64,000 nucleotides of DNA from a virus, in the IMG/VR virus record IMGVR_UViG_3300044614_001780, one strand, 5' to 3'. Position 1 is the stretch's first letter. Each line of letters begins with the position of its first letter. The notes under the pieces were generated by a model that did no database searches, had not been told where the DNA came from, and was given only the letters and a program-made list of their open reading frames with translations. The position numbers were made by a program, and so were the translations under genes. This document shows, in pieces, positions 19,668 to 29,073 of this stretch.

Positions 19668-20135
19668 ATGCCACATAAAGATGATTCTGGGTACAGACAA
19701 GGAAAATTTAGACCACAAAAACCAGAAAAATACAAAGGAGATCCAACTAAAATAATTTACAGGTCATCATATGAATTAAAATTCATGCAATATTGTGACC
19801 TAACAGAAAGTGTAAATGAATGGAAATCTGAAGAATTTTTTATTCCTTACATATCACCAATAGATAATAAAGTACATAGATATTTCCCAGATTTCTTTGT
19901 TAAGTATAGAGATAAAAATGGAAATACTCGTACTTTAGTTGTAGAAATAAAACCAGAAAAAGATTTAAAAATGCCAGAACAAAACCCAAAAAGAAGAACA
20001 AAATCTTGGGCATATAATGTAAAAACATGGGCAATAAATCAGGCAAAATGGAAAGCAGCAAAAGAATATTGTGAAGATAGAAAATACGAATTTCGTATCT
20101 TAACAGAAAAAGACCTAGGAATTAAAGTAAGATGA
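19668..20135 (+). CDS. gp4: Head completion protein gp4
   Basis: GKFRPQKPEKYKGDPTKIIYRSSYE..HRYFPDF..VEIKP..NQAKWKAA. Confidence 0.9.
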   Translation: MPHKDDSGYRQGKFRPQKPEKYKGDPTKIIYRSSYELKFMQYCDLTESVNEWKSEEFFIPYISPIDNKVHRYFPDFFVKYRDKNGNTRTLVVEIKPEKDLKMPEQNPKRRTKSWAYNVKTWAINQAKWKAAKEYCEDRKYEFRILTEKDLGIKVR

Positions 20136-20629
20136 TATCAGAGGACATAAAACAACAAGCGGGAAAAAAATTCAGAAGTAGCAATTGGTGGACAAATGCT
20201 ACAATGAATGAATTAAGAAATTATCAAAGAAAAAATATAAATGAATTTGATACTAATTTTATAGTTCCTGGAGATTTAGTTTTTTTCTTATATTCAGCAA
20301 AATATCCCCAAAAATATCTTTGGTGGGATAGGCACCCATTATCCTTTATAGTTGATGTAAACCCGAGAGAAGGTAGCTTTATTGGAATCAATCTTCATTA
20401 CTTAAATCCACAATATAGAGGGGGATTTGCCAAATCACTCCTAAATAAAACAGGAATTTCCAATGCACCAAAAAAGACTATTCACAAATATCTTTTTTCT
20501 GGTGTGATGAGTGAACTGTTTAAAGTCCCAAAAAATGATTGGGTTGGTGTTTCATTATTACCGACAGAGCAATTTGTCGATAAAAACGGATTATCCGTAC
20601 CAAAATACCGAGTCTGGGACGCACCATAA
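20132..20629 (+). CDS. gp2: DNA end protector gp2
   Basis: FFLYSAKY..WDRHPL..GINLHYL..IHKYL..LLPTEQF; follows gp4. Confidence 0.8.
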   Translation: MISEDIKQQAGKKFRSSNWWTNATMNELRNYQRKNINEFDTNFIVPGDLVFFLYSAKYPQKYLWWDRHPLSFIVDVNPREGSFIGINLHYLNPQYRGGFAKSLLNKTGISNAPKKTIHKYLFSGVMSELFKVPKNDWVGVSLLPTEQFVDKNGLSVPKYRVWDAP

Positions 20630-22153
20630 ATGAGTTATAAGTTATTAAAAGACAATTACTATACTTCTGGAATTGCCCCTCTTGGAGTTCCTTTAGGATT
20701 CGGATTAAGGTATGACCCCACAACTGGTGATTATGAATTAAAACAAAAAGGTCTTGGTGGTAGTTACGATATTGGAATTGGACTTGCAGTTTTTTACAAA
20801 AATGGAAGTTGGTATGGGGATGCTTTAAAAGACCCAAAACTATTCAAAGATGGAAAACCAACTGCATTAGCAAATCAAATAAGTGAAGATATTAGAAGAA
20901 AGGTTGGAGCAGCATACACAAAAGGTGGTGGGGCAAATTCTGGATTAAAAATAAACAAAACTGCATTAGATCCATCTGGGACTGCAGGAATTAATAATTT
21001 TTTCCCAGGGACAAATCCAGGTATTGCAACTGCTGTCCCTGGGGGACCAATTTTATCATCACCTCCAGGGTCATTACCTGCATTTAATTCTCCTCTAGAT
21101 TTCCCAAGTGTAAATGAAGATGCTCTTTTTGGGACAGAAGCAATAAGAGCATCCAAATTGCTTGTTTATCCAGTTGATATCCTTGAAAACCGACAAGATA
21201 CACTAAGGATAACAATGTATAATTATTCTTCTCCTTCTGGAGAAAGTCTATTTGGTGGTCAATCAGCAGAAAGCATAGTAACAGAAGGAGTACAAAGATC
21301 AAGTGGAGCAAAAGTAGGGAAAGAAGATTTTAAAGGAACCGTAATTCTTCCAATTCCAAATAATGCATCCGATTCAAATTCTGTTGCATGGGCAGAAGAT
21401 ACTATGAATAATATTAATGCTGCAATTCTATCTACTGTTTCTAAAGATTTGGGTGGAACTACTGCTGGAGCTCTTGCTGGAGCATTAACTAAGCAACTTA
21501 CTGGAGTAAATCCAAATCAAGCAATTTATTATCTTGATTTAATTCAAAAGATAGGTCCAGACTTAAAAGACCCTAATGTACTGAAGCAAGTTCAGGCAAT
21601 TACTAGCTCTTTGGTTATGAAGCAAGCAGGTTTTGACATTCCACCAGAAACAATACTTTCAAGAGGATTTGGAGTCGTTCCAAATTCTAATATGGAATTG
21701 CTATTTAATGCTCCAAAATTAAGAAGTTTTGAATTTTCTTGGAGAATGAGTCCAAGAAGTGCAACAGAAGCAAAAACTGTAAAAAGAATTATAAGATTCT
21801 TCAAACAGGGAATGGCAGCAAGAAAATTAAGTGCTTCTTCTGGTGCTGGAGCATCATCCGCACTACTCGGAACTCCTAATATATTTAAATTGCAATATAA
21901 AACTGTAGATGATAGACCAATTTCTGGATTAAATAGATTTAAATTATGTGCATTAACTGGGTTTAGTGTCAATTATACACCAGACGGTCAATGGTCTGCA
22001 TATGATGAGGGACAACCAGTTTCGGTAAACATTGGAATGGGATTTACAGAGTTAGAACCAATCTTTGAATCTGATTACCAGAATACCATCTGGGATAAAT
22101 TAAAAGACAAACCAGATTTAGATCCAATAGAAGCAGACGATGTAGGTTACTAA
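20630..22153 (+). CDS. gp48: Baseplate tail-tube cap gp48
   Basis: PNSNMELLFNAPKLRSFEFSWRMSPRS..CALTGFSVNYTPDG..FTELEPI. Confidence 0.85.
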   Translation: MSYKLLKDNYYTSGIAPLGVPLGFGLRYDPTTGDYELKQKGLGGSYDIGIGLAVFYKNGSWYGDALKDPKLFKDGKPTALANQISEDIRRKVGAAYTKGGGANSGLKINKTALDPSGTAGINNFFPGTNPGIATAVPGGPILSSPPGSLPAFNSPLDFPSVNEDALFGTEAIRASKLLVYPVDILENRQDTLRITMYNYSSPSGESLFGGQSAESIVTEGVQRSSGAKVGKEDFKGTVILPIPNNASDSNSVAWAEDTMNNINAAILSTVSKDLGGTTAGALAGALTKQLTGVNPNQAIYYLDLIQKIGPDLKDPNVLKQVQAITSSLVMKQAGFDIPPETILSRGFGVVPNSNMELLFNAPKLRSFEFSWRMSPRSATEAKTVKRIIRFFKQGMAARKLSASSGAGASSALLGTPNIFKLQYKTVDDRPISGLNRFKLCALTGFSVNYTPDGQWSAYDEGQPVSVNIGMGFTELEPIFESDYQNTIWDKLKDKPDLDPIEADDVGY

Positions 22154-22154
22154 T

Positions 22155-23006
22155 ATGCCATACTTTAGAGAACTTCCAGATTTACAGTACCCTTCTCCAT
22201 TTAAAACGAGAAATTATATTGATGAATTTGTAACAGCAAAAAATATTTTTAGAAGAGCAAAACTAAGAAATGATGTGGCAAATTTTGCTACTGCATTTAC
22301 TTATTATCAAATAGTTGATAATGAAAGACCAGAACAAATTGCCAAAAAGGTATATGATGACCCAGATTTAGACTGGATTATTCTATTAACTAATAATATT
22401 ACTGACTTAAATAATGAATGGCCATTGAATAATGACTCTTTGTATAATTATATGATTCAAAAATATGGATCAGACGAAGAGTTGGCAAAAGTTCATCATT
22501 ATGAAACTGTAGAGTATAAAGATGAATATGGAAGAATTATTATTGAAGGGGGATTACAAGTAGACCCTGCAAAGTCTGAATCAATTCAGACGAATGAAAA
22601 CTCAAATGAATATTTGTTAAATTCTTTCCCAAGTTCAAAAAGTAATACTGTAATTAGTATCAATCTTTGTCAAAAACTAACCATATATGGAAGAGACATC
22701 AGAACAAGTGAATATTTGGTAACAGATATTCAAACAAACGTTTCTTATTTAAAGGTAAAGTCAAAAATTGGAACGAATAATTTTGGTGATATTTCAATAT
22801 TAAATAGTTTAGCAGACTGGCCTTATAGTTGGGGTGGAGTATTAAAAGTAAAACAAAGAAGTGGTGAAGAAGTTGAAGTAAAACTAACTGATATTATTAC
22901 CGATAATAAAATAAGGATACCAGAAAGATTGTACGAAATTACAGGAACTCTTGTAAATGGAGTTCTTCAACCAACCTTTAAATTCACCAACGAGTTACCA
23001 GTATGA
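22155..23006 (+). CDS. gp53: Baseplate wedge gp53, N-terminal part plus extra domain
   Basis: MPYFRELP..ERPEQIAKKVY..WIILLTNNI..HHYET. Confidence 0.85.
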   Translation: MPYFRELPDLQYPSPFKTRNYIDEFVTAKNIFRRAKLRNDVANFATAFTYYQIVDNERPEQIAKKVYDDPDLDWIILLTNNITDLNNEWPLNNDSLYNYMIQKYGSDEELAKVHHYETVEYKDEYGRIIIEGGLQVDPAKSESIQTNENSNEYLLNSFPSSKSNTVISINLCQKLTIYGRDIRTSEYLVTDIQTNVSYLKVKSKIGTNNFGDISILNSLADWPYSWGGVLKVKQRSGEEVEVKLTDIITDNKIRIPERLYEITGTLVNGVLQPTFKFTNELPV

Positions 23007-23293
23007 AATTCCCCTATCCTGGAATGAAAATTTTTATCGAATCCGATAGTCAAATATTGGAATATCTCGATACCGAAGGAAATATACAGACAGTAAAAAA
23101 TGTAGTTACCCCAGTAACAAATTATGATTATGAAGTAAAAGAGAACGAAAAGAAAAGAACAATACTTCTTTTAAGACCAGAATATATTGGTTCTGTCACA
23201 TATGATATGAGAAATATGATGAAGTATAGTAGATCTTCTCAATACGTAGATTCTACGACAAAGAAAGCATATAATCCAAGAAATAATACATGA
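23003..23293 (+). CDS. Baseplate wedge gp53, C-terminal part as separate ORF
   Basis: PVTNYDYEVKENEKKRTILLLRPEY is the usual gp53 C-terminal motif; ATGA overlap with upstream ORF. Confidence 0.75.
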   Translation: MKFPYPGMKIFIESDSQILEYLDTEGNIQTVKNVVTPVTNYDYEVKENEKKRTILLLRPEYIGSVTYDMRNMMKYSRSSQYVDSTTKKAYNPRNNT

Positions 23294-23296
23294 AAA

Positions 23297-23341
23297 TCCC
23301 GCAAAACTTTCACGATAGAAAATTTTGCGGGAATTTTTTTT
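23297..23341 (+). terminator. Intrinsic terminator at convergence of operons
   Basis: tcccgcaaaa...ttttgcggga stem followed by a T run. Confidence 0.7.
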
Positions 23342-23371
23342 CGACCTTTTTTTATTCAAAAGGGTGATTTT

Positions 23372-23611
23372 CTAACAGGGATAGTATTGAACCTCTTTAA
23401 ATGTTCTGACATAAGGTTCAATTCTTCCATCTCCAGAAACTACCTCTTCACGAATGACTTCCCTTCTGCAATTGCTATAATATCTTGGGGAATAGTATGA
23501 GGGAGCATAATAATATCCTCCCCCTCTAAATGGTCTCCAAAATTCATTCCAAGTTATTGCTTTTACTGGAAAAGCAATAACAAGCACAGAAAGAAAAATC
23601 AACGACTTCAT
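23372..23611 (-). CDS. Hypothetical exported protein
   Basis: Signal-peptide-like N terminus; Tyr-rich; overlaps gp32 stop. Confidence 0.6.
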   Translation of the reverse strand: MKSLIFLSVLVIAFPVKAITWNEFWRPFRGGGYYYAPSYYSPRYYSNCRREVIREEVVSGDGRIEPYVRTFKEVQYYPC

Positions 23612-24546
23612 GATTCAGCAAGTTTTTGGAAATAACTTAGAGCATCATCTTCCCCATCTTCATCCTCGTAACTACTCTTAGACGAACTAGAAGTTACATC
23701 ATCATAAGATGCGGACCTAGAAGAGGACGAAGTTTCACCACGACGTTCACGATCCCAATCTTCTTCCTCAGCAACAACTTCTGGATCTTGATTCTTAGGA
23801 ACACCACGAAGACCAAGAGTATATTCAAGACGCTTCTTCAAGTCATCATAAGACTTGAACTCTTTAGGGTCTGTGAAATCATTCAGATTATTCAGAGACT
23901 TATAGACCTTTTCTAGATCGTCATCATCACCATCAAGCAGAGGAGAAGGTGCTGCAAATTCGGACTTGTCGTAGTTCCAATAACCATCTTTCTTGACAAG
24001 TTTCAGTTTAAAGTTAGCACCAGTCCAGAAGTCAAAAGGATTGATGGGAGTTTCATCTTCAAACTCAGGTTGCATTGCGGCAAGAATCTTGTCATAGATT
24101 TTCTTACCAAACTTATAAAGAAAAACTTTTCCCTCATTGTCTGGATTGGCAGGATCACGAATAACATAAATGTTCGCAAAATAAGAAAGTTTGCGTTTTT
24201 GTTTACGTGCTTCTTCTTTGTCACGGTCTGAACCAGAGTTCCAGAGAACACGATTCTTTTCACAAACAGGACATTGCTGACCAAGAGTAGTGAGGCAGTT
24301 GTCAATCAACCAACCACCAGTACCCTGGAATGCGTGAGACCATACTTGTGCCCAAGGCAGTTCACAACCTTCGGGAGCAGGGAGGAAACGGATAACTGCG
24401 GAACCTACACCGCTCTTATCCATAACAGGTTTCCAAAAACGGTCATCATCCTTGGAACCACCATCATTCAGTTTTTCTACTTGTTTAATGAGTTTCTCGG
24501 TGAGAGAACCCATTTTAGATTGCTTTTTAAGATCAGCAAAAGACAT
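23608..24546 (-). CDS. gp32: Single-stranded DNA-binding protein gp32
   Basis: DDRFWKP..AVIRFLP..HAF..C-x7-CPVC..FGKKI; acidic tail ALSYFQKLAES. Confidence 0.95.
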   Translation of the reverse strand: MSFADLKKQSKMGSLTEKLIKQVEKLNDGGSKDDDRFWKPVMDKSGVGSAVIRFLPAPEGCELPWAQVWSHAFQGTGGWLIDNCLTTLGQQCPVCEKNRVLWNSGSDRDKEEARKQKRKLSYFANIYVIRDPANPDNEGKVFLYKFGKKIYDKILAAMQPEFEDETPINPFDFWTGANFKLKLVKKDGYWNYDKSEFAAPSPLLDGDDDDLEKVYKSLNNLNDFTDPKEFKSYDDLKKRLEYTLGLRGVPKNQDPEVVAEEEDWDRERRGETSSSSRSASYDDVTSSSSKSSYEDEDGEDDALSYFQKLAES

Positions 24547-24601
24547 TCGTATTCTCCGTATTAGTAGTATTGAACGTGTATGTACTGTATTGGTACGTAT
24601 T

Positions 24602-24631
24602 AATTGTATCAGGCAATGGGTCAGTCGTCAA
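24602..24631 (-). promoter_or_regulatory. Sigma70-type promoter for gp32
   Basis: TTGACG-17nt-TACAAT on minus strand. Confidence 0.6.
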
Positions 24632-24953
24632 GGGTTTTCTCAAGAGACTCAATATTGGATTCAAGCATTTCAAAGAAATCATTCACGGTCCCATCTTCTG
24701 CCAAACCAAATAATTTAGCAGAATCAATAATTCTCTTTTTCATTTCAATTGCTTCTGGATCATCAGACAAAGATAATCTAAAGATAAAAAGTTTTTGTTT
24801 TTCAAGAAACTCCTTCATCAATTCAAGATGTTCTTTTTTACCATTATTATCATAGAATGAAAGATTCAAAACTTGTTCAAAAAGTTTTTGTTGAATTTCT
24901 TCTAATTCTAATACAGATTTTCTGACCATCTCTGAATCAAAAAATCTAGTCAT
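24621..24953 (-). CDS. Conserved cyanophage/cyanobacterial protein (DUF1825-like)
   Basis: FFDSEMVR..LEKQKLFIFRLSLSDDPEA. Confidence 0.7.
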   Translation of the reverse strand: MTRFFDSEMVRKSVLELEEIQQKLFEQVLNLSFYDNNGKKEHLELMKEFLEKQKLFIFRLSLSDDPEAIEMKKRIIDSAKLFGLAEDGTVNDFFEMLESNIESLEKTLDD

Positions 24954-25540
24954 AATACTATCTCCTTTAAGATTTTTGTAAATTTTGCCTCATCAATATT
25001 TAGGAATGGTTTATATTTTTTAATTTTAAGACTTACGGTTTCCCACACTGGGTCTAAAATTTTTTTATCAAATTTTGAAACATATCCAAGAATAGAATCA
25101 AGTATTACCATAGTTTCCAAAGTAATTGCATTTTGCAAATACTTTTTTAATATCTCTGGATGTTTATTTGGTTTGCATGTAAATAAATGGTCCAAACTAT
25201 CCTTAGAAATAAAAATCTCACTTTCTGTTTTAAACAAATAAGTAAGACTCTGATATTTTTTTAACCACTCAGTATAATTTTTTTCCCCATTGGAAATTAT
25301 TTCCCCAATCCATAAAGATTGGGGATCTGTGCATTCTATAAAACTAGCAACAAAATAAAATTTTATCTCGTCATCTGTTTTTTGACGAGATAATTTTTCA
25401 AAAAAGTATCTATCTTTTCTTTTGTTATATGAATCTATAGATGCTCTTGACCTTCCGCAATACTTAAAATAATCATATTTTTCTTTTGTAAAGTGATTTT
25501 TTATAGCCAAATAAGTTTTGTAAACATCAAAGGGAGTCAC
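24950..25540 (-). CDS. gp59: Helicase loader gp59
   Basis: VYKTYLAIKNHFTKEKYDYFKY..KRKDRYFFEKL; GTG start. Confidence 0.9.
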   Translation of the reverse strand: MTPFDVYKTYLAIKNHFTKEKYDYFKYCGRSRASIDSYNKRKDRYFFEKLSRQKTDDEIKFYFVASFIECTDPQSLWIGEIISNGEKNYTEWLKKYQSLTYLFKTESEIFISKDSLDHLFTCKPNKHPEILKKYLQNAITLETMVILDSILGYVSKFDKKILDPVWETVSLKIKKYKPFLNIDEAKFTKILKEIVL

Positions 25541-25543
25541 GGT

Positions 25544-25798
25544 TCAAAAGTTCAAAGTTGCCCTACTAGTCTTTTTAAGAAAATTCAATTTTGTAGCTTC
25601 GTATTTTATTTTTTCTTTAAGTGGTTTTGGAATTAATTTTGGAACAGTCTCTATTTCTATTGAATTTTCCTCGCAATAAGTAACAATAGCATCAATGTAA
25701 CTAATTTTAGAAATTTTTACAATGCTTTCAATATCTTGAGCAAACTTTTGTGGACATAGAAACTTATCTTTAATTACATCTTTAATGTTATTTTCCAT
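25544..25798 (-). CDS. gp33: Late transcription co-activator gp33
   Basis: FAQDIESIV..YIDAIVTYCEEN..LKEKIKYEATKLNFLK; ATG at 25798. Confidence 0.9.
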   Translation of the reverse strand: MENNIKDVIKDKFLCPQKFAQDIESIVKISKISYIDAIVTYCEENSIEIETVPKLIPKPLKEKIKYEATKLNFLKKTSRATLNF

Positions 25799-25799
25799 G

Positions 25800-26495
25800 T
25801 TAATTAAGTTTACTGTTAACAAACTCTCTAATGTATTTTGCGAGCAACTTAATATATTTTTGTTTATCGTACTCTTCATAGACAATACATTCTCCATTTT
25901 CACATGCCATTAAAATTACTAATTTTTTAACTGGTATTTCAGTTAACTCATAAAACATGCAGGCATATGCCGCACATTGGACAAAATAATGCTCAATCCA
26001 TTCAATTGGTTTTGGTTTTTTAGAAGTTTTAAAGTCTATAATTGCCAATTCACCATTATATTCAGCAATACAGTCTACAGTACCAGCAACTCCAAGTACT
26101 TTACTGTAAAGAGAACTCTCTAAAGCATGAATATTATTTATCTTATTCAACTCTGGTTTTGCAATCTTGAATAAAAATTCTGATAATGGTTGAACTTTAG
26201 GCAGTTCTGGAATATTATAAAGATAATTTTCAACCAGACTGTGCATATCAGTTCCACGACTAGTTGCTTGTCGTGTAATCTTATCTGCCTTTTCTTCTCC
26301 AACTTTTTTTCTCCAATCAGCAAAAAATTGCCTATTTTTAAAAGAAGTTACTGAAGTAATGGAAACAAATCGTAGCAGTTCTTCTTTGTCTGGGATTTTA
26401 TAATAACGAACCCCATCAATCATTTCCCTTTCTAATTTGGGTAGGTTTAAATCAATGTGACTAAACCTACCATCAAGTTTTAAATTATCATCCAT
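25800..26495 (-). CDS. PD-(D/E)xK exonuclease
   Basis: SITSV..RGTDMH..AGTVDCI..IIDFKTS..QCAAY. Confidence 0.85.
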   Translation of the reverse strand: MDDNLKLDGRFSHIDLNLPKLEREMIDGVRYYKIPDKEELLRFVSITSVTSFKNRQFFADWRKKVGEEKADKITRQATSRGTDMHSLVENYLYNIPELPKVQPLSEFLFKIAKPELNKINNIHALESSLYSKVLGVAGTVDCIAEYNGELAIIDFKTSKKPKPIEWIEHYFVQCAAYACMFYELTEIPVKKLVILMACENGECIVYEEYDKQKYIKLLAKYIREFVNSKLN

Positions 26496-27249
26496 TCAAA
26501 CCAGATTCCATTTTTGCAATCAGATATTCTTTAACAAGTCCAGAACGAACAATGTCATCAATACCAAACTCAATTATATCAAAAGAAGGCATTTTTCTCA
26601 AGATATCCATAAAATCACTAATTCCATTCCTTTCATTTGATTTTGTTAAATCAGATTGAGATGCGTCACCACAGAACATGATTTTAGAATCTTCACCAAC
26701 ACGAGTGATGATTGAATCCAATTCATGAAAATTCATGTTTTGAAACTCATCTACAATAATGATTGAATTATCTAAAGTAGTACCACGAACAAATGATGTA
26801 CTCCAGAATTTAACTGTTTCTTGCTGCTTTAGATTACCATAAAGCATTTCAAAATCAGTTTCTGTTGGAAGTTGGAACATGTATTTAACCATGTTCTTAT
26901 ATGGAATCTGATAAAGTGAAGACTTATCTTCATGATCTCCAGGAAGGAATCCAATTTCCCTTGTTGCTACCAGAGAACGGACAATATAAATTTGTTCATA
27001 TGGTGTAATTTCATTCAAAACTTCTTTCAATGCATTATATAAAGTAATAAAAGTTTTTCCTGTTCCAGCAGCACCATAAGCCACCAAATGTTTTCCCTTT
27101 GAATATGAATCAAAAAGTTTCTTTTGATTCTCTGTTAATGGTTCAATATCAATTAAAAGATCAGCATTGAGAGGTCTTTTCCTTCTCATCTGTTTTGCAG
27201 TCATGCCAACTCCAATTGGTTGGTCGGGATTTCTTCTTTTTCTTGCCAT
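26488..27249 (-). CDS. phoH: PhoH-family ATPase
   Basis: GAAGTGKT Walker A; IGFLPG; RGTTLD; DEFQN; GDASQSD. Confidence 0.95.
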   Translation of the reverse strand: MARKRRNPDQPIGVGMTAKQMRRKRPLNADLLIDIEPLTENQKKLFDSYSKGKHLVAYGAAGTGKTFITLYNALKEVLNEITPYEQIYIVRSLVATREIGFLPGDHEDKSSLYQIPYKNMVKYMFQLPTETDFEMLYGNLKQQETVKFWSTSFVRGTTLDNSIIIVDEFQNMNFHELDSIITRVGEDSKIMFCGDASQSDLTKSNERNGISDFMDILRKMPSFDIIEFGIDDIVRSGLVKEYLIAKMESGLNG

Positions 27250-27497
27250 TAAATTTTTCCTACACGAGCTCCAGGCATTTTCGATGCTCTTTGCAGAACT
27301 TCATTCCACCCTGGTTTTGATTTTGCAAGTTTGTCTTTCCATTCACCAACTTCACCACTTCCAGGGCAAGTTGATGGGTCAGACCAGTCTCTATCCCAAT
27401 CTGGGTTATCTTTTTTCCACTGGTCCCATTCGTGAACACTCATTTTCACTTCTTTTTGTTCACCAGTTTCTTTATGAATAACAGGATAAGTCGCCAT
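27249..27497 (-). CDS. Conserved cyanophage hypothetical protein
   Basis: MATYPVIHKETGEQKEV; usual neighbour of phoH. Confidence 0.7.
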   Translation of the reverse strand: MATYPVIHKETGEQKEVKMSVHEWDQWKKDNPDWDRDWSDPSTCPGSGEVGEWKDKLAKSKPGWNEVLQRASKMPGARVGKI

Positions 27498-27523
27498 AAG
27501 TTATGAAATCACCATATTAATAT

Positions 27524-28213
27524 TTATTCTATAATAATTGAGGGGGCATCTGAGCATTCTGGGCAATTTTCACGAGTCCACCCAAGTGCTTCGGATACTG
27601 CAGGAAACTGACATGTAAAAATACACTTAACAGCATTTGCAATATCCATGTGTTCTTTTTGGGTGCCATGCCCAGAACGCAAATCAATATAATGGATCCA
27701 TGACCTTACCGAACCCGTCATATAGAGTCTTGTAGGAGTTGCTAGGGGCAATACAAACCTTGCACACTCCTTTGCAATTCCAGCATCAAGCATTTGTTGA
27801 TACAGATCCATTGAATGTTTAAAATGGTCCTGCATCAAAATTTGAAACTTTTGAACAATAAATGGATCAACATCATCAATACTGTTTTGACGATTTTTGT
27901 CGTCTTGACGACGAAGTTCTGGCACAGGAATAGAATTCCCAAGCAAAGAACTATCAGCATATCTTTGTGAAAATTCTTGATATGTAAATGAACGGTGGCG
28001 CAAAATTTGAGCTGCTATACCTCTTGTGGTATTAATCTCAACAGTCATTGAAGCTTGTTCAAAGATACTCCAATGCTGATGTTGAATACAGTATTTAAGG
28101 AGTCCAGAAAACTTTTCATTTTCTTGGTTTGCTGGATTTGAAACACGAGCACAGTATGCCATGTGCTTCTCTGCATCTGGTGTTACTGAAATAAGTTTAA
28201 CAAGTTGTGTCAT
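27524..28213 (-). CDS. thyX: Flavin-dependent thymidylate synthase
   Basis: [14 protein letters not shown] ThyX motif; ECARFVLP; TQKEH; ATG at 28213 preferred. Confidence 0.95.
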   Translation of the reverse strand: MTQLVKLISVTPDAEKHMAYCARVSNPANQENEKFSGLLKYCIQHQHWSIFEQASMTVEINTTRGIAAQILRHRSFTYQEFSQRYADSSLLGNSIPVPELRRQDDKNRQNSIDDVDPFIVQKFQILMQDHFKHSMDLYQQMLDAGIAKECARFVLPLATPTRLYMTGSVRSWIHYIDLRSGHGTQKEHMDIANAVKCIFTCQFPAVSEALGWTRENCPECSDAPSIIIE

Positions 28214-28214
28214 A

Positions 28215-28397
28215 TTAGTCTGGGTATCCATCATCATCTTCAAAAATTTCGTCGTAATCATGTAAACTTCTTGATTGTTTTTCAATTAAGTTTACGTTTT
28301 CTGTATAAGAATTTACATCAGAATAAACTTCTACCTTTAATGAGTCAACCAAAAGTTCTAAGTTTCTAATAATTAATTTTAATTTATCTTTGTCCAT
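28215..28397 (-). CDS. Conserved hypothetical protein
   Basis: [30 protein letters not shown]. Confidence 0.7.
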   Translation of the reverse strand: MDKDKLKLIIRNLELLVDSLKVEVYSDVNSYTENVNLIEKQSRSLHDYDEIFEDDDGYPD

Positions 28398-28418
28398 TTG
28401 GATAAATTCTTTCTATCA

Positions 28419-28453
28419 TTTTACATAAAAAAGGGGGGAAAGTCAATCCCCCC
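28419..28453 (-). terminator. Terminator hairpin overlapping a sigma70 promoter
   Basis: gggggga-TTGACT-ttcccccc-tttttt; TTGACT-17nt-TAAAAT. Confidence 0.7.
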
Positions 28454-28459
28454 AGAGCA

Positions 28460-28561
28460 TCAAACAACTTGTGGTTGCTTTGCCATATTCAGTTGTGCAT
28501 TGTGAAGGAGTTGTTCCTTCTTTGCTTTTTTCTTAAGATAACGAACGAAGTAAGTATTCAT
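28460..28561 (-). CDS. 33-aa basic peptide coupled to the DUF4278 gene
   Basis: MNTYFVRYLKKKAKKEQLLHNAQLNMAKQPQVV; ATGA overlap; GGAGG upstream. Confidence 0.6.
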   Translation of the reverse strand: MNTYFVRYLKKKAKKEQLLHNAQLNMAKQPQVV

Positions 28562-28695
28562 TTGTGCCCCTCCTTTACAAATTTAACACCACGATAGGTT
28601 TCGTTGTATTGTTGAGGTTGTTGCATCATCTGTTGTTGATATTCTAAACGCTTTTGCGTATCATATTCAACACCACGGTATACGACTTTAGACAT
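28558..28695 (-). CDS. DUF4278 microprotein (YRG motif, as in the IF17/GifB N terminus)
   Basis: MSKVVYRGVEYDTQKRLEYQQQMMQQPQQYNETYRGVKFVKEGHK; two YRGV motifs; AGGAG RBS. Confidence 0.8.
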   Translation of the reverse strand: MSKVVYRGVEYDTQKRLEYQQQMMQQPQQYNETYRGVKFVKEGHK

Positions 28696-28726
28696 TAGGG
28701 TTCTCCTTAGTTTTTAAGTTAAAGAG

Positions 28727-28768
28727 CGTTCCTTCAGTCGGCTTTTGCGTCCTCTAAGAGGATGAACG
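28727..28768 (-). ncRNA. Glutamine riboswitch aptamer (glnA/Downstream-peptide family), downstream copy
   Basis: CGTTCA-TCCTC-tta-GAGGA-CGCAAAAGCCGACT-GAAG-GAACG; lies 5' of a DUF4278 gene. Confidence 0.75.
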
Positions 28769-29025
28769 TTCCGTTCCGAGTCGGCTTACTTCCGTCCTAT
28801 TGAATTGTTTAGCACTTAAGTTTCACAACATCCTTTCGGAGTTCTAATAGCAATCGGTCTTCTTTTCTCTGGTCTACTACATCGTCGTTTTTAACGATGT
28901 CCATTAGTTCCCACGCTGCGTCACAACTTATTGTCACTTGATTAGATATAGCAAATTGTGTCGTAGAAATAAAAAGAAGTGGAACCCATGCTAAAAGCAA
29001 AAGTGCTTTAGTCATAGGATGAACG
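28767..29025 (-). ncRNA. Glutamine riboswitch aptamer, upstream copy, with an ORF in the P2 loop
   Basis: CGTTCA-TCCTAT [~213 nt] ATAGGA-CGGAAGTAAG-CCGACTCGG-AACG-GAACG. Confidence 0.65.
28809..29015 (-). CDS. 68-aa exported protein nested in the riboswitch
   Basis: Hydrophobic N terminus; two Cys (ISCDAAWELM..KLKC). Confidence 0.65.
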   Translation of the reverse strand: MTKALLLLAWVPLLFISTTQFAISNQVTISCDAAWELMDIVKNDDVVDQRKEDRLLLELRKDVVKLKC

Positions 29026-29073
29026 TTAGGGGATTATTTTACCCCTAGTTACCATATATATCCAAACACTTTT

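Noticed and set aside
19668-20135. TnsA-like transposase
   Set aside because: The fold is shared with T4 gp4, and the gp4-gp2-gp48-gp53 context identifies it as the head completion protein.
25800-26495. Cas4/CRISPR association of the exonuclease
   Set aside because: Standard PD-(D/E)xK exonuclease beside phoH and gp33; no four-Cys Cas4 pattern, cas genes or array.
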